From NCBI GenBank assembly GCA_003528115.1, contig DOGZ01000004.1, positions 572 through 64,571 of the forward strand: DNA of 64,000 nucleotides. Reading direction: 5' to 3'. Each line of letters opens with the position of its first letter. Position 1 is the stretch's first letter. The DNA is from Candidatus Omnitrophota bacterium (GTDB taxonomy: Bacteria > Omnitrophota > Gorgyraeia > Zapsychrales > Zapsychraceae). The position numbers and the translations under genes are program-made. This document shows, piece after piece, positions 1 to 8,596 of the stretch. Below the pieces are notes generated by a model. That model was not told the origin of the DNA. It saw nothing but the letters and a program-made list of their open reading frames with translations, and did not search any database.

Positions 1-78
1 GCTGTACTCTATCCCTTATGCCTCTGGAGCGTCGCCAAGAATCCCCTTAAAAATGATTTTTATAAATTTCATCTGGGC

Positions 79-735
79 TTGCCCAATTTCTTTGGTGGAA
101 TAGCCGTTATCTGTTTCCTGCTCTTGAGCGCGCCCTTAACCCTGAAGCTGTTCGTATTGGGTTGGAAGTGTCTCTTTTTATATGTGACTTTTTATAACTG
201 GAAGAAGCCTTACCCAAAAATGGGGCAACTGACCGCGACCAGTTTTTTGGGTATGTTTCTTATGACGTTTCTGTTGGCCTGTCTGTTTGGCCCGAACCCC
301 GGATTGATCTTCATGGTCTTATTGAGCGGATTTATTTTAAGTTTTTCACTTTTTTCTCTAGGGCTGGGATTCTGGTACGCCCAGAATGAAGGGCTCTCCT
401 TCGAATATTTGCGCCGAACCGTTCGAATCTTTATTGTCTTGCTGTTTGTTCGATGGGTTTGGGATGTGGGTGTTTTCTTCACGGGCAGGCTGTTATATCA
501 AGGACAGATGACTCCTGTATCGAATTTCCTCTTTAAGTCGGACGGTTTTTTATTATTTTTTGTCTTATGGATCGGCACATTATTGCCTTTAGCCATGCTG
601 TATTTTGTCAAAGGAAGCTTAAATTGGAGAAGACTCCCTGCCATCAATGAAATGTTATCCAGCAGCTTTTGTCTCATTTTAGCCGGCGATGTCGTCACCA
701 AATACTATACGGCGCGGTATTTCATCTCCATGTAA
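79..735 (+). CDS. Hypothetical polytopic membrane protein. The start is uncertain: codon 79 is TTG and the frame is open back to window position 1, so the gene may begin upstream of the window.
   Basis: Long hydrophobic, multi-TM-like translation. No catalytic motif recognised. Confidence 0.35.
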   Translation: MPNFFGGIAVICFLLLSAPLTLKLFVLGWKCLFLYVTFYNWKKPYPKMGQLTATSFLGMFLMTFLLACLFGPNPGLIFMVLLSGFILSFSLFSLGLGFWYAQNEGLSFEYLRRTVRIFIVLLFVRWVWDVGVFFTGRLLYQGQMTPVSNFLFKSDGFLLFFVLWIGTLLPLAMLYFVKGSLNWRRLPAINEMLSSSFCLILAGDVVTKYYTARYFISM

Positions 736-872
736 ACAAAACTTTGTTTTCATGAGGAAATAAATGTTCTGATAGTTGAATAAAATAAAAGAAGCTGTTA
801 ATATACCCTCACTTTGAAAATTTTAGTATGTTGTGAATAGAAAATTATGGCATTATCGAAGACGGGAAAGGC

Positions 873-937
873 CGTCATTTAATTCTAAATGACGAGCCTC
901 GTCATTTCCTTCTAAATGGAAATGAGGAAAAATGACG
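873..937 (+). promoter_or_regulatory. Leader element with duplicated CGTCATTT ... AAATGACG inverted repeats. The pairs are 873-880 with 888-895 and 900-907 with 930-937, plus an inner hairpin CATTTCC/GGAAATG. It sits immediately upstream of the RBS of the icd-like gene.
   Basis: Read directly in the sequence: gccgtcatttaattctaaatgacgagcctcgtcatttccttctaaatggaaatgaggaaaaatgacggga. The arms could form two mutually exclusive pairings. Confidence 0.35.
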
Positions 938-947
938 GGAGATACGC

Positions 948-2156
948 ATGTCAAGCGCATTGATTGAAACGGCAAAAGATAAATTCGGCAAGCTTATGGA
1001 GGATCAGCTCAAGCGCGTCGAGCGGATGAAGCAAGACACCGAATGGATCGATTACTCTAAATTAAACCCTATTATTATCGGTATCTGTTGGGGAGACGGC
1101 ATTGGAGAGTTCATATCCAAGCAGGCTCAGCGCGTCCTGGAGTACATTCTCAAGACGGAAGTGGCTCGAGGGAAAATTGTCTTTAGAGATATCAAAGGAT
1201 TGACTATTGAAAACAGAGTCAAACACATGAAGGCGATTCCTGAGGATGTCCTCAATGAACTCAAGGCTTGTCATGTTATTTTAAAAGGTCCAACCACGAC
1301 CCCTCAGGTGGGAGACCCGTGGCCCAATATTGAAAGCGCCAATGTGGCGATGCGCCGTGAGCTCGATCTCTTCGCCAACGTCAGGCCGGTGCGCATCCCG
1401 CAGGACGGTATCGACTGGTGTTTCTTTCGCGAGAACACGGAAGGGGCCTATGTTTTGGGCTCTAAAGGATTTGATGTCTCGGAGGATTTAAGCGTGGATT
1501 TTAAAGTGATTACGGAACAGGGCGCGGAACGCATTGTCCGAATGGCTTTTGAATACGCTAAGAAAAACCAAATCGACCGCATGACGGTTATAACAAAATC
1601 CAACGTCGTTAAAACGACGGACGGCCGTTTTTCCAAGGTCGCGTTTCGCATAGCCAAAGAGTATCCGAATATTAAGATAGACGAATGGTACATTGACATT
1701 ATGACGGCTAAGTTGATTGATCCGGCACGTCGCCGGGAATTCAAGGTGATGGTGATGCCGAATCTTTACGGCGATATTTTAACGGATGAAGCGGCCCAGT
1801 TGCAAGGAGGGGTTGGGACGGCCGGCAGCGCCAATATCGGTAAACATTGGTCCATGTTTGAGGCTATTCACGGCAGCGCCCCGCGTATGGTCAAAGAGGG
1901 CCGGGCCCAATACGCCGATCCTTGTTCCATGATCCGCGCGAGCGCCATGCTGTTAAGACATATCGGCCACCAACCGGAGGCCGAAAAAGTAGAAATGGCT
2001 CTTGAAGTCTGCGGCGTCTATGAGAAAAAGATGACCATTACCGGAAGAGAAACGGGCGTGACAGGAAAAGAATATTCGGATTATGTGTTGTCCTGGGTGG
2101 ACAATCCTCGATTGAAAGAAAGATGGGAGACCGGCGGCAGGGCTGTTTGTGTCTGA
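948..2156 (+). CDS. icd: Isocitrate dehydrogenase (isocitrate/isopropylmalate dehydrogenase family). An ICDH-type subfamily is favoured by the KGPTTTP and IHGSAPRMV blocks.
   Basis: Motifs GDGIGEFI, SANVAMRRELDLFANVRPV, FRENTEGAY, NLYGDILTD and HGSAP. Length 402 aa with an N-terminal extension, as in ICDH rather than LeuB. Confidence 0.6.
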   Translation: MSSALIETAKDKFGKLMEDQLKRVERMKQDTEWIDYSKLNPIIIGICWGDGIGEFISKQAQRVLEYILKTEVARGKIVFRDIKGLTIENRVKHMKAIPEDVLNELKACHVILKGPTTTPQVGDPWPNIESANVAMRRELDLFANVRPVRIPQDGIDWCFFRENTEGAYVLGSKGFDVSEDLSVDFKVITEQGAERIVRMAFEYAKKNQIDRMTVITKSNVVKTTDGRFSKVAFRIAKEYPNIKIDEWYIDIMTAKLIDPARRREFKVMVMPNLYGDILTDEAAQLQGGVGTAGSANIGKHWSMFEAIHGSAPRMVKEGRAQYADPCSMIRASAMLLRHIGHQPEAEKVEMALEVCGVYEKKMTITGRETGVTGKEYSDYVLSWVDNPRLKERWETGGRAVCV

Positions 2157-2220
2157 GACAAACCGGTTTTTAAAGAACGGCTCCCCTATGATGAAGCTTA
2201 GGTTATTTTTATCCAGAATT

Positions 2221-2258
2221 AAAAAAAAAGACAATTCCATGAGTTGTCTTTTTTTTTT
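2221..2258. terminator. Bidirectional rho-independent terminator: an A9 run, then a GACAA/TTGTC hairpin, then a T10 run.
   Basis: aaaaaaaaagacaattccatgagttgtctttttttttt, located between the icd stop and the next operon. Confidence 0.6.
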
Positions 2259-3344
2259 AGAGTTTTATTTCTTTTATTCATCAATGGTTTAGTTTTTATT
2301 CTTTTGGCGGAAGGATTCTTGGCGTTGTGGGGGATCCCCAAACCATCCAAGCCCCACAGTGCCCCGCTTCAATTCAGCATGGTCGCCAGCGAAAATATCC
2401 TTTATGTCAATGTCCCGGCGACACGCATTACCTTTCAATATGATGGTAATCCCCGGGGATATTTTCGAGACGGTAATCAGGTCTGGCATACGACGAACCG
2501 GCAGGGATTTCGTAGCACAACGTCCTTTCAGGTCGAAAAACCTCCTGACACTGTCCGGATAATTTTTATCGGAGATTCGTTTACCTTCGGCGAAGGTGTT
2601 TACGATGAAGATGTTTATCCGCAGCAATTCCGGAGGTTTGCGCTCGAACAAGGGTTGTTCCCGAATAAGACTGTAGAAATAATTAATTTAGGCGTCGGGG
2701 GATATAACACTCAGCAGGAATGGGGGCTATTGAATGAATACGCCCGTTACTTGCAACCGGATATGGTGGTGATCGGGTATACCATCAACGATGTGGAACC
2801 TTATTTGTTTTATAGAAGCGGACAGGGGTTCCTGCGTTCTTCGCGCAGGGTCGAAGAATTCGACCGCCTGGGTTCTTTGGACACGGCGCCGTCCTGGATC
2901 AGGGGCTTTCGTCTATCACGTTTATTCTGGATTCTCTGGCAGGGCCATAAAATCAGCCGGCAAACGATCGGATATTATCAAGACCTCTATGCCTCCGGGA
3001 GCCCTTCCTGGAAAATGACGATGGAGGCGGTATCCGCTTTGGCCCATTATCAAAAAGAGTCCGGGATCCCGGTCTACGTTATGATTTTTCCCCTTATGTA
3101 CCGCCTGGATGATCCCGCGCATCCGTTATTAAGAATTCACGCGCAATTGCATCAGTTGATGGAAGGCGTTGACTTGCCCTATTTTGATTTATGGCCTCGG
3201 TTGAAGAGATATAAAGATACGGATTTATGGGTTCACCCCACGGATCAGCATCCCAATGAAATCGTTCATGAGATCGCGGCCAGGGCGTTGGTGGAGTTTA
3301 TAAGCGCAAACTCTTCACACGCGAAAGTCTTTAACCGGGACTGA
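2244..3344 (+). CDS. SGNH/GDSL-family hydrolase with an N-terminal membrane anchor. The annotated TTG start lies inside the terminator hairpin, so the true start is probably slightly downstream.
   Basis: GDS block IFIGDSFTFGEGV near the N-terminus of the soluble domain. Hydrophobic N-terminus FFFRVLFLLFINGLVFILLAEG. Confidence 0.6.
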   Translation: MSFFFRVLFLLFINGLVFILLAEGFLALWGIPKPSKPHSAPLQFSMVASENILYVNVPATRITFQYDGNPRGYFRDGNQVWHTTNRQGFRSTTSFQVEKPPDTVRIIFIGDSFTFGEGVYDEDVYPQQFRRFALEQGLFPNKTVEIINLGVGGYNTQQEWGLLNEYARYLQPDMVVIGYTINDVEPYLFYRSGQGFLRSSRRVEEFDRLGSLDTAPSWIRGFRLSRLFWILWQGHKISRQTIGYYQDLYASGSPSWKMTMEAVSALAHYQKESGIPVYVMIFPLMYRLDDPAHPLLRIHAQLHQLMEGVDLPYFDLWPRLKRYKDTDLWVHPTDQHPNEIVHEIAARALVEFISANSSHAKVFNRD

Positions 3345-3370
3345 AGGTGCCCTGAATTTCTCAATAAAAT

Positions 3371-4987
3371 ATGAAACTCTTCCCGCACACGTTCTTGAAA
3401 AATCCCAGGACCATAAAGAAAATCTTTGTCTTCTTGACGCTTTTGTGCGGGAGTGTTTATTTCGCGCCAACCACAGACTTCGCGGGTCTTTTGGCACAGG
3501 GAGATCATGGGCGGGATTTTTACGCGTTTGAACGGACGCTCAAGGGAGATGTCCCTTTCAGGGATTATTGGTGGGTCTATGGACCGTTGATGCCGTATTA
3601 TTACAGTCTTTTTTTTAAATGGCTCGGCGTCAGCATTCCCAGCATTCTGATCGGACGGATTATCCTGACGCTCTTCAGCGGGGTTTTGATTTTCTTGAGT
3701 CTGGCTGAGGTCACCTCAGTTTTAAGGGCGTTTTTGGCCGCGCTTTGTTTTTATATGTTTTTCCCTGATTTTTATTTTACCTACAACCATACCGGAGCCA
3801 TCACCGCTATGACCGCGCTTTTCTATGGCGTGACCTGTTACTTGAATCGACGGCAGGATCGATATTTAGTTATGGCGTTGGGCGCCGTTAGCGTGACGGG
3901 CTTAATAAAAATCAACTTCGGACTTGCCAGTCTGGTGTTTCTTGTTCTGGCCGTGGCGTGGATTGATCGTGTTGATCAAAGGCCTTGGAACGCAAACAAG
4001 AAAATATTTTATATCGCGGCTGTGGCCGGCGTCCCGTTGTTTATCGGCGGGGTCTACAGCCTCTTTTTGCGTGGACTTCCAGTTTACGTGATTAAACAAT
4101 CTCTGCCTTTCTGGGGACAGCATCTTTATAATATCCCTTTGACCAAGGCGGTAGGGAATTTATGTCTATTCCTTTGGATGAATTATACGGATGGTCTCTT
4201 GGGAATGCTGTCTACGGCGTGGTTCCTCACGCTGACCGCGGTGGCTATCTATTGGGTTGTATTCAACAAAGCCGTCCTCCCGGAACATCGGGCCGTTATG
4301 TTTTTGGCCGGCTTAACGGCGATATTCGCTGTGCTTAATCTTCATGAATATTTGCCTAATGGGATTATGTATCGTCTCTTCTGGATGCTTCCTTGGGGAA
4401 TGGTGCTGATCTTTCTGTTGTGGCATTTGGGGGAAATGGGTATGCCGTCCTGGACAAAGCCTGTCGGGTATCTTCTGATTTTTGGAATAATTATCGTCGG
4501 ATATAGGAATCATGAACGAGAGTTACAAATTTATAAACAGCCGGAGCATTTTGTCTCCCATCCCAAGGCGCGCGTTTATGTCCAAAACACGCCCGCCTGG
4601 ATCGAAACTGTTCTTCAAACCAGCCGTTTTCTTGAAAAAGTCCCGGAGAAAACATTTTTCGCGGCCCCGTATGAACCTTTATATTACTATTTGACTTCTC
4701 GAAAAAGTCCTGTCCAGCTTTTGAGTTATTTTGAATATATTTATATTCCCGAAGAGCAGGAGCGGGAGGTTATCTCAGAACTGGAAAAGCAAAATGTCCG
4801 CTGGGTTCTGTTATCAAACAGAATTGTTGGTAATGAAGCTGGGTTAGGCCTGTTCGGATCGACGCACTGCCGGTTACTGGCGAGTTATATTCAAGAGCAT
4901 TTCAAGGTTGTCGCCACCAGCGGGAATTGGGCGCATCCCGCAGGCTGGGCTTGGCAGCACGCGATAATGATTTTAAAAAGACCATAG
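3371..4987 (+). CDS. Large polytopic integral membrane protein of about 12 or more TM segments. Possibly a GT-C-like glycosyltransferase or an acyltransferase; the family is not resolved.
   Basis: 538 aa with many hydrophobic segments. An Asp/His-rich first loop (DFAGLLAQGDHGRDFYAFER) and a YWWVYGP block. No definitive motif. Confidence 0.35.
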   Translation: MKLFPHTFLKNPRTIKKIFVFLTLLCGSVYFAPTTDFAGLLAQGDHGRDFYAFERTLKGDVPFRDYWWVYGPLMPYYYSLFFKWLGVSIPSILIGRIILTLFSGVLIFLSLAEVTSVLRAFLAALCFYMFFPDFYFTYNHTGAITAMTALFYGVTCYLNRRQDRYLVMALGAVSVTGLIKINFGLASLVFLVLAVAWIDRVDQRPWNANKKIFYIAAVAGVPLFIGGVYSLFLRGLPVYVIKQSLPFWGQHLYNIPLTKAVGNLCLFLWMNYTDGLLGMLSTAWFLTLTAVAIYWVVFNKAVLPEHRAVMFLAGLTAIFAVLNLHEYLPNGIMYRLFWMLPWGMVLIFLLWHLGEMGMPSWTKPVGYLLIFGIIIVGYRNHERELQIYKQPEHFVSHPKARVYVQNTPAWIETVLQTSRFLEKVPEKTFFAAPYEPLYYYLTSRKSPVQLLSYFEYIYIPEEQEREVISELEKQNVRWVLLSNRIVGNEAGLGLFGSTHCRLLASYIQEHFKVVATSGNWAHPAGWAWQHAIMILKRP

Positions 4988-5027
4988 GAAGTTTCATAAA
5001 TTTATTAAAACTTGCATCAGTCATGCC

Positions 5028-6281
5028 ATGGGAGGAAGGATGAATATTTATTTGATCGTAATTTTGGTTATTTTGATTGGTCATTTTTGTCTGGAGTTAA
5101 TGATTGAAATGTTAAATCTCCAGGCCATATCCACCAAAGTCCCTGAAGAATTTGAAGACACGTATGATCCGGAAAAGTACCGGAAATCTCAGGATTACTT
5201 GAAAGCCACGACTAAATTCCATTTGATCCGAGAGGGGTTCACATTGACTCTGACGACAGCCTTTATTGTGTTGGGCGGATTTAATGTTATTGACCGGTTG
5301 GCCAGAGGTATCGCCCAGGGAGAGATCGTCACGGGATTGATATTTGCCGGCGTCCTGATGGGGGTTTCTCTCCTGACCACGATCCCGTTTTCTTATTACA
5401 GCACCTTTGTCATTGAAGAAAAATTCGGATTTAACAAGACTTCCCAGAAGACGTTTATTCTGGATATTCTCAAGAGTGTCCTTTTGAGCGTTGTCCTCGG
5501 CGGGATCCTGTATGCTCTCATTATCTGGTTTTTTGAAAAAGCCGGGGCCTTGGCCTGGATTTATGCCTGGGGCGCCGTGACCCTGTTCCAATTATTTATC
5601 ACATTCCTGGCGCCGGTCATGATTCTGCCGCTTTTTAATAAATTTATCCCCCTGGAAGATTCCGTCTTGAAACAGGCCATCGAAAACTATGCCAAGACCC
5701 AGCGTTTCCAGATTCAGGGGATTTTTAAAATGGACGGTTCCCGGCGCTCCACCAAGACAAACGCCTTTTTCACGGGATTCGGGAAATACAGGCGTATCGC
5801 TTTATTCGACACCCTCATCGAGCGCCACACGATCGACGAATTGGTTTCTGTCCTGGCGCACGAGATAGGTCATTGTCAACTCAGGCATGTCACCAAGATG
5901 GTCGTCTGGTCCATCATCAATGCCGGTCTGATGTTTTTTTTGATGGGATTTTTCATCGACAACGCCGGGCTTTTCTCGGCCTTCCGGATGGAAGAGACTT
6001 CCATTTACGCCAGCCTGTTCTTTTTCGGATTTCTTTACACACCGGTGAGTCTGGTCTTGTCGGTCATCACCAACAATATCTCAAGGCACCATGAATACCA
6101 GGCCGATCAGTTTGCCGTGCGCACGTATCAAAAACCGGAAGCCATGATCATGGCCTTGAAGAAATTATCCGTCGATAATTTATCCAACTTAACCCCGCAT
6201 CCTTTAAAAGTCTTCTTTGATTACAGTCATCCGACGGTTTTAAAAAGGATTGAGCGTATGAGAGAATTTCACGGTTCCTAA
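5028..6281 (+). CDS. M48-family zinc metallopeptidase (Ste24/HtpX-like CAAX-protease homologue).
   Basis: N-terminal TM helices, then an HEXXH zinc motif in the block LAHEIGHCQLRHV. The domain order resembles Ste24. Confidence 0.7.
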   Translation: MGGRMNIYLIVILVILIGHFCLELMIEMLNLQAISTKVPEEFEDTYDPEKYRKSQDYLKATTKFHLIREGFTLTLTTAFIVLGGFNVIDRLARGIAQGEIVTGLIFAGVLMGVSLLTTIPFSYYSTFVIEEKFGFNKTSQKTFILDILKSVLLSVVLGGILYALIIWFFEKAGALAWIYAWGAVTLFQLFITFLAPVMILPLFNKFIPLEDSVLKQAIENYAKTQRFQIQGIFKMDGSRRSTKTNAFFTGFGKYRRIALFDTLIERHTIDELVSVLAHEIGHCQLRHVTKMVVWSIINAGLMFFLMGFFIDNAGLFSAFRMEETSIYASLFFFGFLYTPVSLVLSVITNNISRHHEYQADQFAVRTYQKPEAMIMALKKLSVDNLSNLTPHPLKVFFDYSHPTVLKRIERMREFHGS

Positions 6282-6286
6282 CGGAC

Positions 6287-8092
6287 ATGTACGAAAAATT
6301 CTTTAAAATCAATGGTTATCATCCCTGGCGGGAGGTCAGCGAGGACGGTTATATTGATTATCCCGTGCGCTACCGGAAAGGGGGGAGGGTCTTATTTTTT
6401 AATTTTGCCTTGGCCCGTGAAATGGAACTGATTGCCCGGAAACATCCTTCTCACATGAATCACCAATTGGAAGAGATCATCCTCAAGACTTTTGCGTTGA
6501 GAATCCTTAATGAACACGACTGGATCAATAAAAAAACCTTCCCCAAAGATGGTCTTGAAGACCGCCTCTACATGGCCACGCGATACCTGCAGGCCCAGCA
6601 TAAAAATAAACAAGGCAAGACCTCCGGCGATGGAAGGGGGATTTGGAATGGCGTTGTCAAAACAAAGACCATGACTTTTGATGTGACCAGCCGGGGCACG
6701 GGCGCCACGATATTGTGTCCAGGGGCTCAAGCAGCGGATGGTTTGTTGAAAACGGGGGATCAACAATATGGATATGCTTCGGGGCTCGCGGACCTGGAGG
6801 AGATGCTGGCCAGCGCCATTATGTCAGAAATTTTTTATCAAAGAGGACTCCCGACGGAACGCTGCTTGGCGGTTATTGACTACAAAGACAAAACCGCTAT
6901 CGGCATCAGAACCGCACTGAATCTTATCCGCCCGGCGCATCTTTTTCGCTATCTGAAGATGGAAGATCATGACGGTCTTGAGAAATCGTTTGATTATTTC
7001 TTAAGACGTCAGGAAACAAACGGCTCATTAGTTTTACAGCGAAGAGGGCACAAACGATATCGTCAAGCCCTCGTTTATTTGGCGAAAGTCTATGCCAAAT
7101 TGGCCGCGGTGATGGAGGATGAATATATTTTTAATTGGCTGTCCTGGGATGGGGACAATATGCTGGCCAGCGGCGCGATCCTTGATTATGGTTCTATCCG
7201 CCAGTTCGCGGCCAAACATGATAAATATCGTTATGAAGATGTGGATCGGTTTTCGACTTCCTTAAATGAACAACGTTATTGGGCCCGAAAGATTATTCAG
7301 GTCTTTGCCCAAGCCGTTGATTTTATTGTGACGGGGAAGAAAAAGAATCTTAAGGTGTTTGATGACGATCCGACGCTCAAGTTATTTGATCAATATTTTC
7401 TGAGCACGCGGCAGGAAAGAACGCTTGCGCGGATTGGTTTTACGCCCCAACAGATTAATAAACTGACAGCGCGCGCCCCGTCAAAGGTCAATGCCTTTAT
7501 TACAACGCTCAATTATTTTGAAGATGTTAAGACAAAGCAAGGAAAGAAGGTTGTCGCTGACGGCATTGATCATCCCCCGGTTTTCTTAGTGCGGCACATC
7601 CTGCGGGAATTGCCCAAGTTTATATTGAAACACAAAATAATGGATGACAAGAATTGGCCCTACTTGTCCCCCGAACAATTCTGTAAAACTATGGCCGCTT
7701 CCTATGTCAATCATCACGATCTTCAACTGACAAAAATCCGCGGGGAAAAGGCTGAGGCGTTTCAGCGATTCTATCGCGACCTCATCTGCGCGGTCAGTCC
7801 AAAACCATGGGGCACCCTAAAGGTGGTCGCCCAACGTTCGTCCGTCATCAATTATCCCTACCGCAGCACAGGGGACGGTCTTCTTTGGATTGTTAAGGAA
7901 GCCATCGATCTCAAAGACAAGGGAGACATCCAGCACTTTCAAGAAGCCATTGACCGATTCATTGAGTCGCAAGTCCTTGTCCCTGAGAAGTGGAAACCGA
8001 TTAAACCTAGTGAACTTAAAGGGGATTCCACAAAGGCCCGTCTTTTGAATATGATCCAAAGAAATTTAGAATTGTTTAACGAGAACATTTGA
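6287..8092 (+). CDS. Divergent SelO/YdiU-family protein (pseudokinase-fold AMPylating enzyme, UPF0061).
   Basis: Blocks collinear with E. coli YdiU: VLFFNFALAREMEL (N..LA..LGL region), SGDGRGIWNG (GDGRGILLGE), a Gly-rich TSRGTGATILCPG segment, LASAIMSEIFYQRGLPTERCLAVI ([20 protein letters not shown]) and DNMLASGAILDYGSIRQF (DNMSLLGLTLDYGPFGF). Confidence 0.55.
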   Translation: MYEKFFKINGYHPWREVSEDGYIDYPVRYRKGGRVLFFNFALAREMELIARKHPSHMNHQLEEIILKTFALRILNEHDWINKKTFPKDGLEDRLYMATRYLQAQHKNKQGKTSGDGRGIWNGVVKTKTMTFDVTSRGTGATILCPGAQAADGLLKTGDQQYGYASGLADLEEMLASAIMSEIFYQRGLPTERCLAVIDYKDKTAIGIRTALNLIRPAHLFRYLKMEDHDGLEKSFDYFLRRQETNGSLVLQRRGHKRYRQALVYLAKVYAKLAAVMEDEYIFNWLSWDGDNMLASGAILDYGSIRQFAAKHDKYRYEDVDRFSTSLNEQRYWARKIIQVFAQAVDFIVTGKKKNLKVFDDDPTLKLFDQYFLSTRQERTLARIGFTPQQINKLTARAPSKVNAFITTLNYFEDVKTKQGKKVVADGIDHPPVFLVRHILRELPKFILKHKIMDDKNWPYLSPEQFCKTMAASYVNHHDLQLTKIRGEKAEAFQRFYRDLICAVSPKPWGTLKVVAQRSSVINYPYRSTGDGLLWIVKEAIDLKDKGDIQHFQEAIDRFIESQVLVPEKWKPIKPSELKGDSTKARLLNMIQRNLELFNENI

Positions 8093-8107
8093 AAGCAGGG
8101 AACAAAA

Positions 8108-8150
8108 AAATAAGCCTCTTTTTCGATTTCTCAAAAGAGAGGCTTATTTA
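8108..8150. terminator. Bidirectional intrinsic terminator shared by the convergent SelO-like and ferredoxin genes.
   Basis: A 12-14 bp stem, taagcctctttt ... aaaagagaggctta, flanked by an A-run on one side and a T-rich stretch on the other. Confidence 0.65.
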
Positions 8151-8171
8151 GCAAATCCAGGAAAAGGTGTC

Positions 8172-8450
8172 TTATTTCTTAACCAAAGGTTCTTTTTTCT
8201 CGGTAATGACAGGTAAATTCTTAGCCTTTTGGGCATTCAGTTGAATATAATTCTTCCATTGACCGGGGACATCTTCTTCAGGGAAGATCGCTTGAACCGG
8301 GCATTCAGGAATGCAGGCGCCGCAATCAATACACACCTCTGGATCAATAACCAGCATCTCTGGGTCTTCATGAAAACAATCCACAGGGCAGACTGCGACA
8401 CAGTCCGTATATCTGCATTTGACGCAAGGTTCCGTAACAACGTGGGACAT
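8172..8450 (-). CDS. fdxA: 7Fe (3Fe-4S plus 4Fe-4S) ferredoxin, FdxA type.
   Basis: [18 protein letters not shown] and [12 protein letters not shown] cysteine clusters. Near-collinear with Azotobacter-type FdxA, including the QLNA tail. Confidence 0.85.
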   Translation of the reverse strand: MSHVVTEPCVKCRYTDCVAVCPVDCFHEDPEMLVIDPEVCIDCGACIPECPVQAIFPEEDVPGQWKNYIQLNAQKAKNLPVITEKKEPLVKK

Positions 8451-8596
8451 TTAGACCTCCTTCAGTAATAATCAGATTTATCCGGGTTTAATAAATTTTA
8501 TCAGAAATTTATCGGAAAGCAGGGGCTACTATATCAAAATCAAAATTATTTGTCAAACTGCAACATAATTATTAGTCATTTTGTAGTTGAATCTTT

